Positions 63,430 through 64,000 of a stretch of 64,000 bases of DNA are shown here, one piece after another. Made by a program: the position numbers and the translations under genes. The DNA is from Hypanus sabinus (lineage: Eukaryota): NCBI RefSeq assembly GCF_030144855.1, contig NC_082713.1, positions 47,554,001-47,618,000 on the forward strand, in the 5' to 3' direction. Position 1 is the stretch's first letter. Each line of letters starts with the position of its first letter. The notes beneath the pieces are model-generated. The model did no database searches. It saw only the letters and a list, made by a program, of their open reading frames with translations, and was not told the DNA's origin.

Positions 63430-63700
63430 CAATAAACATCCGTTACAAGCCCACTGTTCCTACAGCTTTCTCAACTTCCTCCTCCCCCCATTCCTCTTGT
63501 ACAGATAAATTTTCATTCTCCCAGTTTCTGCATCTGGATTGTACTTGCTCTGATGATGAAACTTTCCAGATGGGTGTTTCTGAAATGTTTTTCTTTCTGA
63601 ACTGAGATTTCCACTTTATCATAGTTGACAGTCCTTAGCCGCAACTCATCTGTTTCTCCCACCTCTGCTTTCATCGTTCTCCACCTGGACAGATTAAGAA
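63430..63700 (+). mobile_element. Degenerate Penelope RT C-terminal fragment
   Basis: ACATCCGTTACAAGCCCACTG..TTCTCCCAGTTTCTG..TGCTCTGATGATGAAACTTTCC, similar to 8450-8686. Confidence 0.55.
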
Positions 63701-64000
63701 TAGACGGTGCCGAAGTGTGGTAACTATTTACAAGCTGCTCTCAGTTAATCTTTTAATTATGTCTATTATAATTGTTCTACTCTTAAATTGATATATCGAT
63801 CTACTGTAAGTTTGGAATTATCAGTCTCAATGGCTTGCAATATAATTTTATGGTTCTTGTTTCCTTGCCATTAGCCTTGATTCTTCTTCTTCTTATTTTT
63901 TTCTCTCTCTCTGCTAGATTATGTATTGTATCGAACTGCGGCTGCTAAGTTAACAAATTTCGCGTCACATGCTGGTGATAATAAACCTGATTCTGATATT

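Noticed and set aside
1-64000. CRISPR array or prokaryotic operon
   Set aside because: No regularly spaced repeat-spacer structure; sequence is clearly intron-containing vertebrate DNA

Overview
AT-rich, repeat-dense vertebrate genomic DNA. The repeat mix (CR1, Rex1/Babar, Penelope, V-SINE, CORE-SINE) suggests a cartilaginous fish, probably a ray or skate; this is inference. Three intron-containing genes can be built from splice signals and translations. COX11 (minus strand, 4 coding exons at 13585-21579, 256 aa, plus a probable non-coding first exon near 30306) lies head-to-head with RBM41 (plus strand, 7 coding exons at 30705-49833, 397 aa) across a ~400 bp CpG-rich bidirectional promoter containing a ZNF143/ACTACA motif. 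Downstream are the first two exons of a MORC3/4-family GHKL ATPase gene (53726-53936), likely MORC4 by synteny. Most remaining sequence is decayed, often nested transposons: CR1, Rex1, L1/Tx1, Penelope, SINEs, solo LTRs, a Mag-type Gypsy remnant and Tc1/pogo/hAT derivatives. The most notable signal is a family of short fold-back Penelope-derived elements, several with 10-17 bp target-site duplications. Their symmetry axes mostly fall on a minimal hammerhead-ribozyme motif (CTGANGA-stem II-GAAACGTC), and some copies share core variants. Other leads: a frameshifting tandem acceptor and candidate poison exons in RBM41, a stop-free in-frame 99-nt MORC intron 1, and a CCAAT/CDE-CHR-rich second promoter inside MORC intron 2. 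Repeat boundaries are approximate unless a TSD or TIR is given.
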